From: Calditrichales bacterium
Lineage (GTDB): Bacteria > Calditrichota > Calditrichia > Calditrichales > J004
Direction: 5' to 3'
DNA length: 64,000 nt
Assembly: GCA_965267575.1 (NCBI GenBank)
Contig: OZ254086.1
Coordinates: 1,408,001 to 1,472,000, forward strand
Shown here: positions 40,654-51,825 of the stretch, piece by piece
Position numbering within the stretch: position 1 is the first letter of the stretch
How the letters are laid out: each line of letters starts with the position of its first letter
Notes under the pieces: model-generated
Database searches by the model: none
What the model saw: only the letters and a program-made list of their open reading frames with translations
Told to the model about the DNA's origin: nothing
Position numbers and translations under genes: made by a program

Positions 40654-41270
40654 CAGGATGATGAGAGTTCTTTTATGATTTTGTCCAGGCGGCGTTGACG
40701 CGTTTCCTCTTCCTTGGCCTGCTCCACGGAAATAACTATTTCTTTTTTGCGGGTATAGGAAAGCTTTTCAAAAGCTTCCGTAAGACCGGCCTCTTCCAGC
40801 TTATCGCTGAGTGCGTCGGGAAGGCTTTTGATCTCGCGGTCCTCAAAATCAATATGCTTTGATTGCTTCGGTCTGGATTTGACCTGCTCCTTTATCCGCA
40901 GCCTCATTGCCGACCAGACATCGCTGAGAGCTATCTGGGAAACCGCGCGTAAGTTAAAATCAGCTGCCATTTCCATGATCCGGTCACGATTAAGATCGCC
41001 CTGTTCGCCCTTGGCATATGCAGTCCAGATGATTGTTTCATCAGAACTTTGTTCCAGCGTCCGGTCCAGCTTTTCTTCAAAATCTTCGGCATCGTTTACA
41101 AAGGCGATGATCCAGTCGGCTATCGCGTCATGGCTCTCCATATCGACGATGCTGCATCCCTCCGGCAGTGGCTTCAATGCCGCAGTAATCTCCTGTGGCG
41201 CATCGATAAGCAGGACTTTGTAGTTTATGTTGAGTTGCAGTTTTTTGTGTAAAGGATTTGCAGACATCAT
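40653..41270 (-). CDS. YdeI/OmdA-associated family protein
   Basis: W.AY.KG..DLNRD N-domain; FEKLSYTRKKE...AKEEETRQRR C-domain. Confidence 0.8.
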   Translation of the reverse strand: MMSANPLHKKLQLNINYKVLLIDAPQEITAALKPLPEGCSIVDMESHDAIADWIIAFVNDAEDFEEKLDRTLEQSSDETIIWTAYAKGEQGDLNRDRIMEMAADFNLRAVSQIALSDVWSAMRLRIKEQVKSRPKQSKHIDFEDREIKSLPDALSDKLEEAGLTEAFEKLSYTRKKEIVISVEQAKEEETRQRRLDKIIKELSSS

Positions 41271-41981
41271 TTATCTCAGCCTTGCCAGTTCAACATCAAT
41301 TTGCCCAATTAAACCCGAAGCGTCATTAAAATACTCTCTGTAGTATTGGATTATGGAGCTCTTAAAAATTCTGTTGACTATCAGAGAATTACGAAAATAT
41401 TTTTGCTCCATGAGCTCTTCATAAAGGGCTTTTCCCGATTTTGTTTTTCTCATCGGATTATCGACAAAAAACATTGTCGCGTCTTTCATCAGGAATGGTA
41501 TAAACTGTTCAAGCACCATGCTGCGATCTATATAACTATACTCCTTTAAAACCAGGGCTTTGTCATTGTATAGTTCCACAACCCTTTTTAAAAGGGCCTT
41601 GTTTGAGATTATGTTGAGCTGCCCGGTTTCTTTCAGCTGTTCATATCCGGTACTGTTTTTATTAAACGTGGTATATGTGGCGTAGGCCGTTAAGGCGGTT
41701 ATTATACTGTCCCTGTTTGCCTGCGCATCTCCCTGGTACAATCGAATCATATAGTTAAGCGCACTATCAAACTTATCCATTTGCTTGATTTCATTATTGA
41801 TCATGGTTGTGTCGGCAACCAGGTCATCACGCAAACTTTCCAAAGCCCGGATCTCGGCCTCGGCCATGTTGCGGTCCGCGCGCCATTCATTTAGCAAAAA
41901 AGAGAGCGTAATACCAACGATAATAACACCTATCTCAAGCAGGTATTCTGGCCAGCGGCGCTTTAGTGTATCAATAAACAT
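41271..41981 (-). CDS. Hypothetical membrane-anchored helical protein (DUF6090-like)
   Basis: YLLEIGVIIVGITLSF.LNEW..., L.DDL..D, YEQLK.TG.L.II.N..L. Confidence 0.7.
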   Translation of the reverse strand: MFIDTLKRRWPEYLLEIGVIIVGITLSFLLNEWRADRNMAEAEIRALESLRDDLVADTTMINNEIKQMDKFDSALNYMIRLYQGDAQANRDSIITALTAYATYTTFNKNSTGYEQLKETGQLNIISNKALLKRVVELYNDKALVLKEYSYIDRSMVLEQFIPFLMKDATMFFVDNPMRKTKSGKALYEELMEQKYFRNSLIVNRIFKSSIIQYYREYFNDASGLIGQIDVELARLR

Positions 41982-41987
41982 GATTGT

Positions 41988-44555
41988 TTACTCGTCTTTA
42001 AACAGCGTCGTTTGCTCTTCTCCGGCGATAATAATTTCAGGGCCGTCATCATCGGCATTTTCAACCGGTTTAACATCCAGCACCCGGTAATTGCTCAGGC
42101 GGTTGCCGCGGGCCTTCCAGCCCTTCACGTCCACAACGTCCTTTAACTCCAGGGTTTCCGTGCGACGCTCTTTCTGGCGGCCAAAAAGAAACTTTACCTG
42201 TGCCTTCGGATTGTCGTCGGTAGATATAAGCGCGGGAAAGCTGCTTTTGTCCTCGGATATAAAAGTGAACAGCCTTCCCGTTGACTCGCTTTCCACCTGG
42301 AAACGCTTTACATAGAAGTTGTCCGATTCGCTGTCGTAATGCACGGCGGTTATTACAATTTCAGGATCGTATCTCATTATGCTGTGGATTTTTTCATAAT
42401 CATAGCGATTGGTCAACTCGTAATTGGTCAGTTCCAGCGACCCGTCTTTGTAGATAACCAGTATTTTGTCGTCACCCTCAAAGCTGCCCAGGTACTGCCC
42501 GCGCTCCTCGTCGTTCAGGCGGCCCACGGTCGCATCGTACCAAAGCTCAAGCCCGCCCAGCGTGGAAGCGCCGGTTTCGCGCAGACTTACTTTGCGCACC
42601 GGATATTTTGTTAGAATGTTGCCCTGCGCGCCGCGTCCCTTGATGGCCAGCTCTCCGAAATCGAAAGAAAATTCCTTTTTGCGTGCTTTTGATTTGGGAT
42701 GTAGCTGAATGTCTACAACCTCGGATTCGCTGTTGGGGTTAGACGAAAAGTAAAGCACTTTTGAGCCTGCCGTGCCTTTGGACAGGTCGTAGGGCTTGTC
42801 GCGTGTAATAGACGTGACGGCGAATCGCTTAACGTAACTGCTGCCATCTTTGCCATCGCGGTAGATCATGTGGTAGATCATGCGCTCATCGCCCTTTTTC
42901 CAGACGGTGGCGTGGATGATGTTTTTGCCCACGAAGACTTTTTCCGACATACGCGTCACCTGGAAATTGCCGTCTTCCAGGAAAACAATGATATCATCGA
43001 GGTCCGAGCAATCGCAGATAAGCTCATCCTTGCGCAATCCCCACCCGATAAAGCCTTCCTCGCGGTTTACGTATAGCTTAACATTGTTTGCCGCTACCTG
43101 CGCCACCTCAATGGTGTCAAAGTTGCGGATTTCGGTCTTGCGTTCGCGGCCAGTGCCATATTTTTTGAGCAGATTGCGGAACCAGTCAATGGCGAAATCG
43201 ACAAGGTGCTTGAGGTGGTGCTTCACCTCACGGATCTCGTCTTCAAGGTTCTTGATCGCCTCATCGGCCTTGAACGAATCGTATTTTGAAATACGTTTGA
43301 TCTTAATCTCGGTTAGCCGGATGATGTCGTCGCGGGTGATCTCACGGTAAAACATATCCTTGTAGGGCTGCAGGCCCTTGTCGATTGTCTCGATGACCGC
43401 TTCCCAGGTTTCGCACTCTTCGATATCGCGGTAAATGCGCTTCTCGATAAAGATCTTTTCCAGCGACGAAAAGTGCCACTTTTCATTCAGCTCGGCCAGG
43501 CGGATTTCCAGCTCACGCTTGAGCAGGTGCAGTGTGTTACGCGTGGATTGCTTCAGGACGTCGTTGACATCCATGAAATGCGGCTTTTCATCAATGATGA
43601 CGCAGGTGTTGGGCGAGATCGATACTTCGCAATCGGTGAAAGCGTAGAGGGCATCGATGGTCACATCCGGTGATGTACCCGGCGGGATTTCAACGATGAT
43701 CTCCACCTCCTGGGCCGTATTATCGATAACTTTTTTGATCTTGATCTTGCCGTTATCGTTGGCCTTGATGATGCTTTCTATCAGTGAGGTGGTGGTGCTG
43801 GAAAAGGGAATTTCACGGATGGCCAGCGTGCGCTTGTCTACCACGTCGATCTTAGCGCGAATGCGGACGCGTCCGCCCTTTTGGCCGCCGTTGTAATTGC
43901 TGAAATCGGCCATACCGCCTGTTGGAAAATCCGGCAGGATGCTGATCTCTTTTTTCTGCAGCACCGCGATGGATGCTTCGATCAGCTCGCGGAAGTTGTG
44001 CGGTAAGACTTTGGTGGCAAGACCAACGGCGATGCCTTCGGCGCCCTGGGCCAGCAGCAGGGGAAATTTTACCGGCAGATGCACCGGCTCGTTTTTTCGG
44101 CCGTCGTAAGAGAGCTGCCATTCGGTGGTCTTATCGTTAAAGGCCACCTCGAGGGCAAATTTGGAAAGGCGCGCCTCGATATAACGCGGTGCCGCGGCGC
44201 TGTCCCCCGTGCGGATATCGCCCCAGTTGCCCTGGGTTTCGATCATCAGCTCTTTCTGGCCCATATTGACCAGCGCGTCGCCGATGGCCGCGTCTCCGTG
44301 CGGGTGGAACTGCATGGTATTACCGATGATGTTGGCCACTTTGTTGAAGCGCCCGTCATCCATCTGCTTCATGCTGTGAAAAATGCGCCTTTGAACGGGC
44401 TTCAGTCCATCGAACAGAGCCGGTACGGCCCTTTCAAGAATCACATAGGAAGCATAGTCCAGGAACCAGTTGCTGTACATGTCCTGAACGTGTGTGGCCT
44501 CACGCATTTCCTGCGGCTGGCCGTTTTGTTCTGCGGGAGTTTTTGAATCTGGCAT
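41988..44555 (-). CDS. parC: DNA topoisomerase IV subunit A
   Basis: DGLKPVQRR, HPHGD, catalytic AAPRY, GIAVG. Confidence 0.9.
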   Translation of the reverse strand: MPDSKTPAEQNGQPQEMREATHVQDMYSNWFLDYASYVILERAVPALFDGLKPVQRRIFHSMKQMDDGRFNKVANIIGNTMQFHPHGDAAIGDALVNMGQKELMIETQGNWGDIRTGDSAAAPRYIEARLSKFALEVAFNDKTTEWQLSYDGRKNEPVHLPVKFPLLLAQGAEGIAVGLATKVLPHNFRELIEASIAVLQKKEISILPDFPTGGMADFSNYNGGQKGGRVRIRAKIDVVDKRTLAIREIPFSSTTTSLIESIIKANDNGKIKIKKVIDNTAQEVEIIVEIPPGTSPDVTIDALYAFTDCEVSISPNTCVIIDEKPHFMDVNDVLKQSTRNTLHLLKRELEIRLAELNEKWHFSSLEKIFIEKRIYRDIEECETWEAVIETIDKGLQPYKDMFYREITRDDIIRLTEIKIKRISKYDSFKADEAIKNLEDEIREVKHHLKHLVDFAIDWFRNLLKKYGTGRERKTEIRNFDTIEVAQVAANNVKLYVNREEGFIGWGLRKDELICDCSDLDDIIVFLEDGNFQVTRMSEKVFVGKNIIHATVWKKGDERMIYHMIYRDGKDGSSYVKRFAVTSITRDKPYDLSKGTAGSKVLYFSSNPNSESEVVDIQLHPKSKARKKEFSFDFGELAIKGRGAQGNILTKYPVRKVSLRETGASTLGGLELWYDATVGRLNDEERGQYLGSFEGDDKILVIYKDGSLELTNYELTNRYDYEKIHSIMRYDPEIVITAVHYDSESDNFYVKRFQVESESTGRLFTFISEDKSSFPALISTDDNPKAQVKFLFGRQKERRTETLELKDVVDVKGWKARGNRLSNYRVLDVKPVENADDDGPEIIIAGEEQTTLFKDE

Positions 44556-44560
44556 GTCTT

Positions 44561-44593
44561 TATTGAATGATTGATTTGATGAATTTATTGAAT
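44561..44593 (+). repeat. Degenerate ~8-nt tandem repeat in the parE-parC spacer
   Basis: tattgaat gattgatt tgatgaat ttattgaat. Confidence 0.4.
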
Positions 44594-46494
44594 TAATGGA
44601 TTGCTGAAACCTCTTCCGCGGCTTCTTCCGCCAGGTCCGGCTCTTCGTCTACGACGTCTTTTTCAACGCGCAGGTTGTCTATGATAAAGGTCTGCCGGTC
44701 GGGTGTGTTTTTGCCCATGTAATAGCCGAGCAGATTTTTGATGTTGGTCTTTTCCTGCAATACCAGTGGCTCAAGGCGGATATCTTCCCCGATGAACTGC
44801 TTGAACTCCTCAGGCGAGATCTCGCCAAGGCCTTTAAAGCGCGTTATTTCAGGATTCTTGCCAAGCTTTTCCATGGCCCGGCGTTTTTCTTCTTCACTGT
44901 AGCAATAGATGGTTTCCTTTTTATTGCGCACACGAAACAGCGGCGTGTCCAGAATATAAACATGGCCGTTGCGCACCAGGTCCGGGAAAAATTGCAGGAA
45001 GAATGTCATCAGCAAAAGACGGATATGCATGCCGTCCACGTCGGCGTCGGTGGCAATTACCACGCGGTTGTAGCGCAATCCTTCCAGTCCGTCTTCGATG
45101 TTCAGCGCGTGCTGCAGCAGGTTAAACTCCTCGTTTTCATAGACCACTTTTTTGGTCAGCCCGAAGCAGTTCAGCGGCTTGCCGCGCAGGCTGAAAACGG
45201 CCTGTGTGTCCACATCCCGGGCCTTGGTAATGCTGCCGCTGGCCGAATCGCCCTCGGTGATGAACAGCGTCGTGTTGTGGCGGCTTTCCTTTTTCTCATC
45301 TTCGTAATGAGTGCGGCAGTCGCGCAGCTTTTTGTTGTGCAGGTTGGCTTTTTTGGCGCGTTGATTGGCCAGCTTCTTAATGCCGGCGATTTCCTTGCGC
45401 TCGCGCTCGGATTGCAGAATGCGCTTCAGCAGCTTGTCCGCTGTCTCAGAGTCACGGTGCAGGTAATCATCCAGCTGCTTTTTGACGAAGTCATTGATAA
45501 ACGTACGGATGGTTGGCCCGTCCGGACCGACCACCTGAGAGCCCAGCTTGGTTTTGGTCTGCGATTCAAACACCGGCTCCTGCACGCGCACGCTGATCGC
45601 GCCGATAATCGAAGCGCGGATATCGGAAGCGTCAAAATCTTTTTTGTAAAATTCTCTAACCGCTTTAACGATACTTTCACGAAAAGCGGACAGGTGCGTG
45701 CCGCCCTGCGTGGTGTGCTGGCCGTTTACAAAGGAGTAGTACTCCTCGCCGTATTGGATGCCGTGGGTCAGGGCGAATTCAATGTCCTTGCCGCGAAAAT
45801 GGATGATCGGATAACGGATCGACTCCGGATCGGTTTTGCGTTCCAGCAGATCACGCAGGCCGTTTTCAGAATGGATTTTATCACCATTGAAGTTGACCGT
45901 TAAACCGGCATTGAGAAAAGCGTAATTCCAGAACTGGCTTTCCAGAAAATCGGGAATGAAGCGGTAATGCTTGAAAACAGAATCGTCCGGCTCAAATTCT
46001 ACCAGCGTGCCGTTGCGCTGTGTCGTAAGCTCTACCGGATGGTCTTTCAGGACTTCACCGCGGGAGAACTCGATGGTCTTCATCTTGCCGTCGCGCACGG
46101 ACTGAACCTTGAAATAGTTGGATAACGCGTTAACCGCTTTCGTACCCACGCCATTCAATCCGACGGATTTCTGGAATGCTTCGCTGTCATATTTACCGCC
46201 GGTATTTATCTTTGCCACGCAATCGTACACCTTGCCCAGCGGGATGCCGCGGCCGTAGTCACGGATTTTTACTTTCTGCTCGGTAATGCGTACGTCTATG
46301 GTTTTACCAAAGCCCATCACATGCTCATCAATGGCGTTGTCGATCGTCTCCTTCACCAGCACGTAGATGCCGTCATCCTGGGCGCTGCCGTCACCGAGCT
46401 TGCCAATGTACATGCCGGGTCGCAGACGGATGTGCTCTTTCCAGTCCAGCGATCTAATATTCTCTTCAGTATATGTGGAATTGTTTTTTGCCAT
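44593..46494 (-). CDS. parE: DNA topoisomerase IV subunit B
   Basis: [47 protein letters not shown]. Confidence 0.92.
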   Translation of the reverse strand: MAKNNSTYTEENIRSLDWKEHIRLRPGMYIGKLGDGSAQDDGIYVLVKETIDNAIDEHVMGFGKTIDVRITEQKVKIRDYGRGIPLGKVYDCVAKINTGGKYDSEAFQKSVGLNGVGTKAVNALSNYFKVQSVRDGKMKTIEFSRGEVLKDHPVELTTQRNGTLVEFEPDDSVFKHYRFIPDFLESQFWNYAFLNAGLTVNFNGDKIHSENGLRDLLERKTDPESIRYPIIHFRGKDIEFALTHGIQYGEEYYSFVNGQHTTQGGTHLSAFRESIVKAVREFYKKDFDASDIRASIIGAISVRVQEPVFESQTKTKLGSQVVGPDGPTIRTFINDFVKKQLDDYLHRDSETADKLLKRILQSERERKEIAGIKKLANQRAKKANLHNKKLRDCRTHYEDEKKESRHNTTLFITEGDSASGSITKARDVDTQAVFSLRGKPLNCFGLTKKVVYENEEFNLLQHALNIEDGLEGLRYNRVVIATDADVDGMHIRLLLMTFFLQFFPDLVRNGHVYILDTPLFRVRNKKETIYCYSEEEKRRAMEKLGKNPEITRFKGLGEISPEEFKQFIGEDIRLEPLVLQEKTNIKNLLGYYMGKNTPDRQTFIIDNLRVEKDVVDEEPDLAEEAAEEVSAIH

Positions 46495-46584
46495 AATATC
46501 TTTTGTTGGGGTCACGGGTTGAAGTAACTGATGGCCAAATATACATCACATGAAGTTATTTGCACAACCGTACAATAAAAACAA

Positions 46585-47349
46585 TTACGACTCCTGCAAA
46601 TAAATACGCTGCTGCAGGTCGTCGATGGTGTCCGGTGCGTGGCCTTCATAGTGGTTGTTGGCAAAGGCAAAAACCTCGAGGCCTTTCTCCATAAACGCGC
46701 GGATACGCCCGGCCCACCAGTCCAGTTCCAGCGACCGGTCAAGGGTACGTTCAGTAAAATCATCGCCGGTCACTTTGCGGTTGCCGATAAGCCGGATGTA
46801 AACAAAGGCGGCTGTTTCAATGCTCAGCCGCGGCATGTAATAGAGATCGTTTAAGACCAGCGCGATGTTCAATCCGCGCAGGCGATCATAAAATGTGGGA
46901 TTGAGCCAGCTTTTGTGGCGCACTTCTACGCAGAGCCGCGCCTCATCACGGTGCCGTTCCAGAAAATCAAACAGGACACGTTCAAATTTGGCTGCGGTAA
47001 ATTTGTAATCAAACTGCAAAACCACGGGACCAAGACGCGGGCCAAGGCCGGACATAACCTCCATAAATTCACGCCACAGATCATCGCAATCCTGCAGGCG
47101 CTTTTCATGGGTGATCTGTTGCGGAACCTTGGGGGCAAAGCGGAAATCCTCTGTTGTTACGGCTGCCCATTTCTCAATGGTCGTAGGCCGTGGCGTGCCG
47201 TAAAACGTGGAATCGATTTCGACCACATCAAAACGCTTGGCATACTGCCGCAGAAAGTCCGTCGATTTGGAACCGGGCTCGTAAATCTTTCCCAGCCAGT
47301 CTTTATAGCCCCAGCCGGAGGTGCCGAGATGTAGCAGCTTTTTGTTCAT
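46585..47349 (-). CDS. DUF72 family protein
   Basis: GTSGWGY..W, VEIDSTFY, K.P..ITH, EVRH.SW, NNHYEGHA. Confidence 0.9.
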   Translation of the reverse strand: MNKKLLHLGTSGWGYKDWLGKIYEPGSKSTDFLRQYAKRFDVVEIDSTFYGTPRPTTIEKWAAVTTEDFRFAPKVPQQITHEKRLQDCDDLWREFMEVMSGLGPRLGPVVLQFDYKFTAAKFERVLFDFLERHRDEARLCVEVRHKSWLNPTFYDRLRGLNIALVLNDLYYMPRLSIETAAFVYIRLIGNRKVTGDDFTERTLDRSLELDWWAGRIRAFMEKGLEVFAFANNHYEGHAPDTIDDLQQRIYLQES

Positions 47350-49778
47350 CAGCGCAGCAAGACCATTCTTTTTTCAAAACTGTGACCGCCGGCCTGCAGC
47401 TTGAGAATGTAGATGCCTGATGCCGCGGGCGTGCCGTTTGCGCTGTTGCCATCCCATACCAGTTTTGTTTCGCCGGCGGATGCGCTGCCGTTTACCAGTG
47501 TGCGCGTTTTGCGGCCGTGGATGTCGTAAACGGTCAGCCGGACGTCCTGCGCTTTGGGCAGATAAAAGCGCAGCGTGGTTTGCGGGTTAAAGGGATTGGG
47601 ATAGTTTTGATAAAGCTGCATGGCTTGCGGCTGTAACGGCTTCTCTTCGCCGATATGATCCGGCGTATCCCGGTAACCAATGATGGCGATATCGTCAATA
47701 TGCCAGCCGTCGAATTCCACGTTGCTGTCCGAGGAGAGGTTAAAGCGCAGATAAAGCGAATCACTGCCGGCGTAGGTGCTGAGATCGATAAGCTCGTGCA
47801 CCCAAATCAGTTGCGTACCGTGATAGCCGGGTTCGTTAAGGTCCTGCCGCCCGTAACCGGAGCCGGGATAGCTGAAAAGGCCGCTCAAAGCGTTCCAGTT
47901 GCTGCCATCCGTCGAAGCCTGAACGATGCCAAAATCATAACCGGTTTCAATGGACCAGCGCGTGCGGAAGCTGAGGTAAATGTTTTGCAACGAGTCTGCC
48001 GGGAGGGCTTTTTTCAGCACAAAGCTGCTGCTAAGATTGGAGCCGTAGTCGGAGCCGGGGCTGTCGCTGTAATGATTTTCTCCGCTATAAGAGTCGCTGC
48101 TTTCTTTGGCCCAGGGGCCCTCAAAAAGGGAGATTGTACTGTCGGCATTGTCGGTCATCAGCAGGTTGGGGATGCCTACAAGAAAAGTTCCGACCGGTTG
48201 ATAGTGCGTATAACCGTTATGGTCAATTTCCAGAAACAGATCGCTGACGAGGCCGCGGCCGGCTGCCATGCTTGCTATGACGGGAATGGTCAGGATGGTG
48301 TCTGTCTGCGCGGCCAATGAATCCAGCATGATGCTTTCTGTTAGCGGCAGAATGTCCTCGTTTTCGTTGAAGATATTTATCCGGGCATCAGCGGCAGTCC
48401 CAAGCCCGATGTTGCGAATGCGAAATTGAATGTTGACGGAATCACCCGGCGCAACCCAGGTGACCGGGCTGTCGTTTTGGCTTAATGTGTAACCCCGGAA
48501 GCGCAGCAATCCGCCCGCGGCTTGTGCCAAAACCAGGTTGGGATAAAGGTTCTCGCGGGCATGCGGATAGATGCGATCTATGTCAGGCCAGAAACCGTCG
48601 GTATAGCGGCCCACTTCGGGCGTCATCGAGAAAATCTTGTTTTTCTCTTCCTGCTCGCCGTACATCCAGTCGTCGGAATCGCCATTAACCAGGTAGCCGA
48701 CAGTTTGATCGCCGGTGCCGTAGACGTAGCGGTTGTCGCGCGTCATTTCCATACCCAGGTAACGAAAGGCCGTGGAGTCTTCCGTCTCAAAGGAAGCGAT
48801 GTAGCCCCAGGGATAGATCAGCAGGTTGGAGTAGGTGTGATAGTTGAGCGCCAGCCGGAATTCGTGCAAAAAACAGAAATCGCGAATGGCCTGTGTTTCC
48901 GGCTCTGAGAAAGGCCCCGTGCCGCGGTACACGGCGCTGGAAGGATTGGAGCTGGAACCGTTGTCGTCGTAACCCCAGGTGTGGCCGTAGTTGCGGTTGA
49001 GGTCTACACCATAACTGCCGCCGCCGTTGTCGCGGCGGTTTTTGCGCCAGTATATGTTGCCCTCTTCGTAGCCGTTTTGATTATAGAGATAACCATCGGG
49101 ATTGATCATCGGGACAAAATGAAGCTGGCGGTTTTCCAGCAGGTAGGTGACCTGCGGGTCCAGGCCGTAGTTTTCCAGCAGGTACCACATAAAATAGACC
49201 AGTGTCTGCATGCTTCCCGGTTCGCGGGCGTGGTGCAAAGAAGTATAAAGCACTTCCGGCTCCTGCTCCTCATATACCTCGGGATTGTCGGAGATTTTCA
49301 CCGTCCAAATGCTGCGATCTTCTATAGTTTTACCGATGGAAGACTTCTCCGTAATTAAATGCGGGTAAAGCGATCGCATGGAATCCAGCTCGGCCTCAAA
49401 TTGCTCTTTGGTGTAAAAACCGCCCAGGTCGCCCAGCTCAAAGTTGACGGGATCGTCGCTGTTTTCCAGCTGCGCTATGTCCGGCCATTGCTTTTTGCGG
49501 CGCTGGTAATCGGCAAACAGGTCTTCCACGGTGATGCGGTAGGAAAAACCGGAGGCCTTAAGCAGGGCCATTTCATCCTGACCCAGGATTGTTTTTAGCA
49601 CAAAGCTGCCGTCAGCTTTCTCCAGGTGCGCGTGGTCCAGGATAACGCCGGCCCCGGCCAGTTCTGCAATCTCAGCTTTGGAGTTAAGCAAAATATCCAC
49701 TTTGCTGTGAATGTTTTGTGCCGGCGCAGGGGCCGTAAGCGCAAATACAATCGAAACTAAAATTAAAATCCGTTTCAC
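47349..49778 (-). CDS. Secreted M14 zinc carboxypeptidase (carboxypeptidase T-like) with C-terminal FlgD/T9SS-like domain
   Basis: HAREP, WRKNR, DLNRNY, YHTYS, TPEVG; C-terminal QNYPNPFNP...YDIHGR...SGIY. Confidence 0.92.
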   Translation of the reverse strand: MKRILILVSIVFALTAPAPAQNIHSKVDILLNSKAEIAELAGAGVILDHAHLEKADGSFVLKTILGQDEMALLKASGFSYRITVEDLFADYQRRKKQWPDIAQLENSDDPVNFELGDLGGFYTKEQFEAELDSMRSLYPHLITEKSSIGKTIEDRSIWTVKISDNPEVYEEQEPEVLYTSLHHAREPGSMQTLVYFMWYLLENYGLDPQVTYLLENRQLHFVPMINPDGYLYNQNGYEEGNIYWRKNRRDNGGGSYGVDLNRNYGHTWGYDDNGSSSNPSSAVYRGTGPFSEPETQAIRDFCFLHEFRLALNYHTYSNLLIYPWGYIASFETEDSTAFRYLGMEMTRDNRYVYGTGDQTVGYLVNGDSDDWMYGEQEEKNKIFSMTPEVGRYTDGFWPDIDRIYPHARENLYPNLVLAQAAGGLLRFRGYTLSQNDSPVTWVAPGDSVNIQFRIRNIGLGTAADARINIFNENEDILPLTESIMLDSLAAQTDTILTIPVIASMAAGRGLVSDLFLEIDHNGYTHYQPVGTFLVGIPNLLMTDNADSTISLFEGPWAKESSDSYSGENHYSDSPGSDYGSNLSSSFVLKKALPADSLQNIYLSFRTRWSIETGYDFGIVQASTDGSNWNALSGLFSYPGSGYGRQDLNEPGYHGTQLIWVHELIDLSTYAGSDSLYLRFNLSSDSNVEFDGWHIDDIAIIGYRDTPDHIGEEKPLQPQAMQLYQNYPNPFNPQTTLRFYLPKAQDVRLTVYDIHGRKTRTLVNGSASAGETKLVWDGNSANGTPAASGIYILKLQAGGHSFEKRMVLLR

Positions 49779-49916
49779 GATGCGATCCTTTTTTTATGAA
49801 TGTTTTTAATATTAGTGCACCTGCCAACGCGCCGCAAACAAAAGAGTGCCCCGGCAATTTGAAAAGCATGCGCGTATCCGATATTTTCAAGCTCTGAATT
49901 AAACCTGCTCATCCGC

Positions 49917-51725
49917 ATGTTTTCGATCATAGACTGGCTTATCATCATCGCTTACCTGGTTTTTGCTTTTGCCATCGGCGCGCTAATGACGCGCAAGGCG
50001 GGCACAGGCCTGGACTCCTACTTCATCGCCGGGCGCAGTTTGCCCTGGTGGTGGCTGGGCACATCGATGGTCGCTACGACCTTTGCCGCCGATACGCCGC
50101 TGGCCATCACCGGCATCATCGCCAAAGACGGTATCTCCGGCAACTGGTTCTGGTGGAGCTGGATCATCACCTTTGTCACGATCACTGTATTCTTTGCCCG
50201 GCGCTGGTCGCAAAGCGGCGTGCTCACCGACGTGGAGCTGATCGAACTGCGCTACAGCGGACGTCCGGCGTCCATCCTGCGTGTGTTCAAGGCGCTGTAC
50301 ATGGGCGTGATCGTTAACTGCGTGATCCTGGGCTGGGTGTTCCGGGCGATGAGCAAAATTACCAGCCCCTTCATCGACTGGCAGATTATTCTTGGTTCCG
50401 GCGTTTATAACAACCTGCTCAACTTCTGGCCCGGATTCCTCATTTTTGACAATTTTAATAACACGCTGACCGTGCTGGTTATTTTTGTTATTGTTGTCAC
50501 CTACAGCAGCATGGGCGGTATCCGCGGCGTTATTTTAACCGACCTGTTCCAGTTTGTTTTGGCCATGGGCACGGCGATCATTTTCGCGGTACTGGCGGTG
50601 CAGCATGTCGGCGGCTTGGGAGAACTGTTTGCGCAGATGCACCAACTTTACCCCGAACGCGGCGCGGACTTCCTGCGTATCTGGCCCGATTTCGACAATG
50701 TGCTTTTGCCGTTTGAGGTGTTTCTCATTTTCATCGCCATCCAGTGGTGGGCGCAGTATTACTCCGATGGCTCCGGCTACCTGGCCCAGCGCATGAATAC
50801 GGCGCGCACACCGGCGGACGCGGAAAAAGGGACCTTGTGGTTCACGCTGGCCAACTTCTGCCTGCGCACCTGGCCCTGGATCATGGTCGGGCTGGTGGCG
50901 ATTGTCGTTTTCCCGCTGGACGATCCCGCCAGGTATTACGCGCTTGGTGAAAGCGTGGCCGGCGACCGCGAGATGGGCTACCCGGTGCTGATGAAACTGA
51001 TCCTGCCGTCGGGCTTACTGGGCCTGACTTTCGCCAGCCTGATGGCCGCCTTTATGAGCACGGTGGACACGCACATCAACTGGGGCGCCAGTTACATGGT
51101 CAACGATCTGTACAAGCGTTTCTTTAATCCTGCAGCCTCGCAAAAGCGCCTGGTTCTTGCCAGCCGCGTCAGCGTTATTCTTATTTCGCTGGCCGCCGTG
51201 TTGATAGCCAGCCAGATCAGTTCCATCGAAGAGGCCTGGAAGTTTTTTGTCGCCCTGGGCGCCGGGCTGGGTCTACCGCAGATGCTGCGCTGGCTGTGGT
51301 GGCGCGCCAACGCCTGGACCGAGATCAGCGGCATGGCGGCGGCGTTTGTCAGCTCCGTTTTTCTTTACACGGCCTTCCCTGATACCCGCTCGGAGTACCT
51401 CATCTTCTGGAGCGTATTGATCAGCACGGCCGTGGCATTATCCGCCACATTTGTAACAGCGCCGGTGCGCGCTGAAACGCTGCGTCAGTTTGTGGACAAA
51501 ACATCACCGGTGGGTTTTTGGGGCGTTTACACCGTAAAAACAGAACAGCGCAAAAAAGAATTCAAACAGCGATTGCTAATATGGCTATTGGGGCTGATTA
51601 CCTGTTTTGCCAGCGTATTTGGTATAGGCTACCTGTTGCTGCTGGACTGGCCGTTGGGACTGGCGTTGCTCGCTTTGTGCGTGGTGTGTTTTTGTGCCAT
51701 GCTAAAACGGATGAAGGCGAAATAG
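49917..51725 (+). CDS. Sodium:solute symporter family protein
   Basis: [41 protein letters not shown]. Confidence 0.92.
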   Translation: MFSIIDWLIIIAYLVFAFAIGALMTRKAGTGLDSYFIAGRSLPWWWLGTSMVATTFAADTPLAITGIIAKDGISGNWFWWSWIITFVTITVFFARRWSQSGVLTDVELIELRYSGRPASILRVFKALYMGVIVNCVILGWVFRAMSKITSPFIDWQIILGSGVYNNLLNFWPGFLIFDNFNNTLTVLVIFVIVVTYSSMGGIRGVILTDLFQFVLAMGTAIIFAVLAVQHVGGLGELFAQMHQLYPERGADFLRIWPDFDNVLLPFEVFLIFIAIQWWAQYYSDGSGYLAQRMNTARTPADAEKGTLWFTLANFCLRTWPWIMVGLVAIVVFPLDDPARYYALGESVAGDREMGYPVLMKLILPSGLLGLTFASLMAAFMSTVDTHINWGASYMVNDLYKRFFNPAASQKRLVLASRVSVILISLAAVLIASQISSIEEAWKFFVALGAGLGLPQMLRWLWWRANAWTEISGMAAAFVSSVFLYTAFPDTRSEYLIFWSVLISTAVALSATFVTAPVRAETLRQFVDKTSPVGFWGVYTVKTEQRKKEFKQRLLIWLLGLITCFASVFGIGYLLLLDWPLGLALLALCVVCFCAMLKRMKAK

Positions 51726-51740
51726 GCTTTTCGCCGATTC

Positions 51741-51784
51741 CCTCTTTTTCCTTCTCATTCTCGTTATCTTTATCGTATCTTTAT
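51741..51784 (+). repeat. Degenerate hexamer repeat (NTCNTT)
   Basis: ctcttt ttcctt ctcatt ctcgtt atcttt atcgt atcttt. Confidence 0.6.
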
Positions 51785-51789
51785 TTCAC

Positions 51790-51825
51790 CATGAAGGCCA
51801 TGAAGGCCATGAAGAGCATGAAGGA
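51790..51825 (+). repeat. 4 x 9-nt tandem repeat CATGAAGNN
   Basis: catgaaggc catgaaggc catgaagag catgaagga. Confidence 0.9.

Noticed and set aside
44962-45903. 313-aa plus-strand ORF
   Set aside because: It is an antisense shadow of parE.
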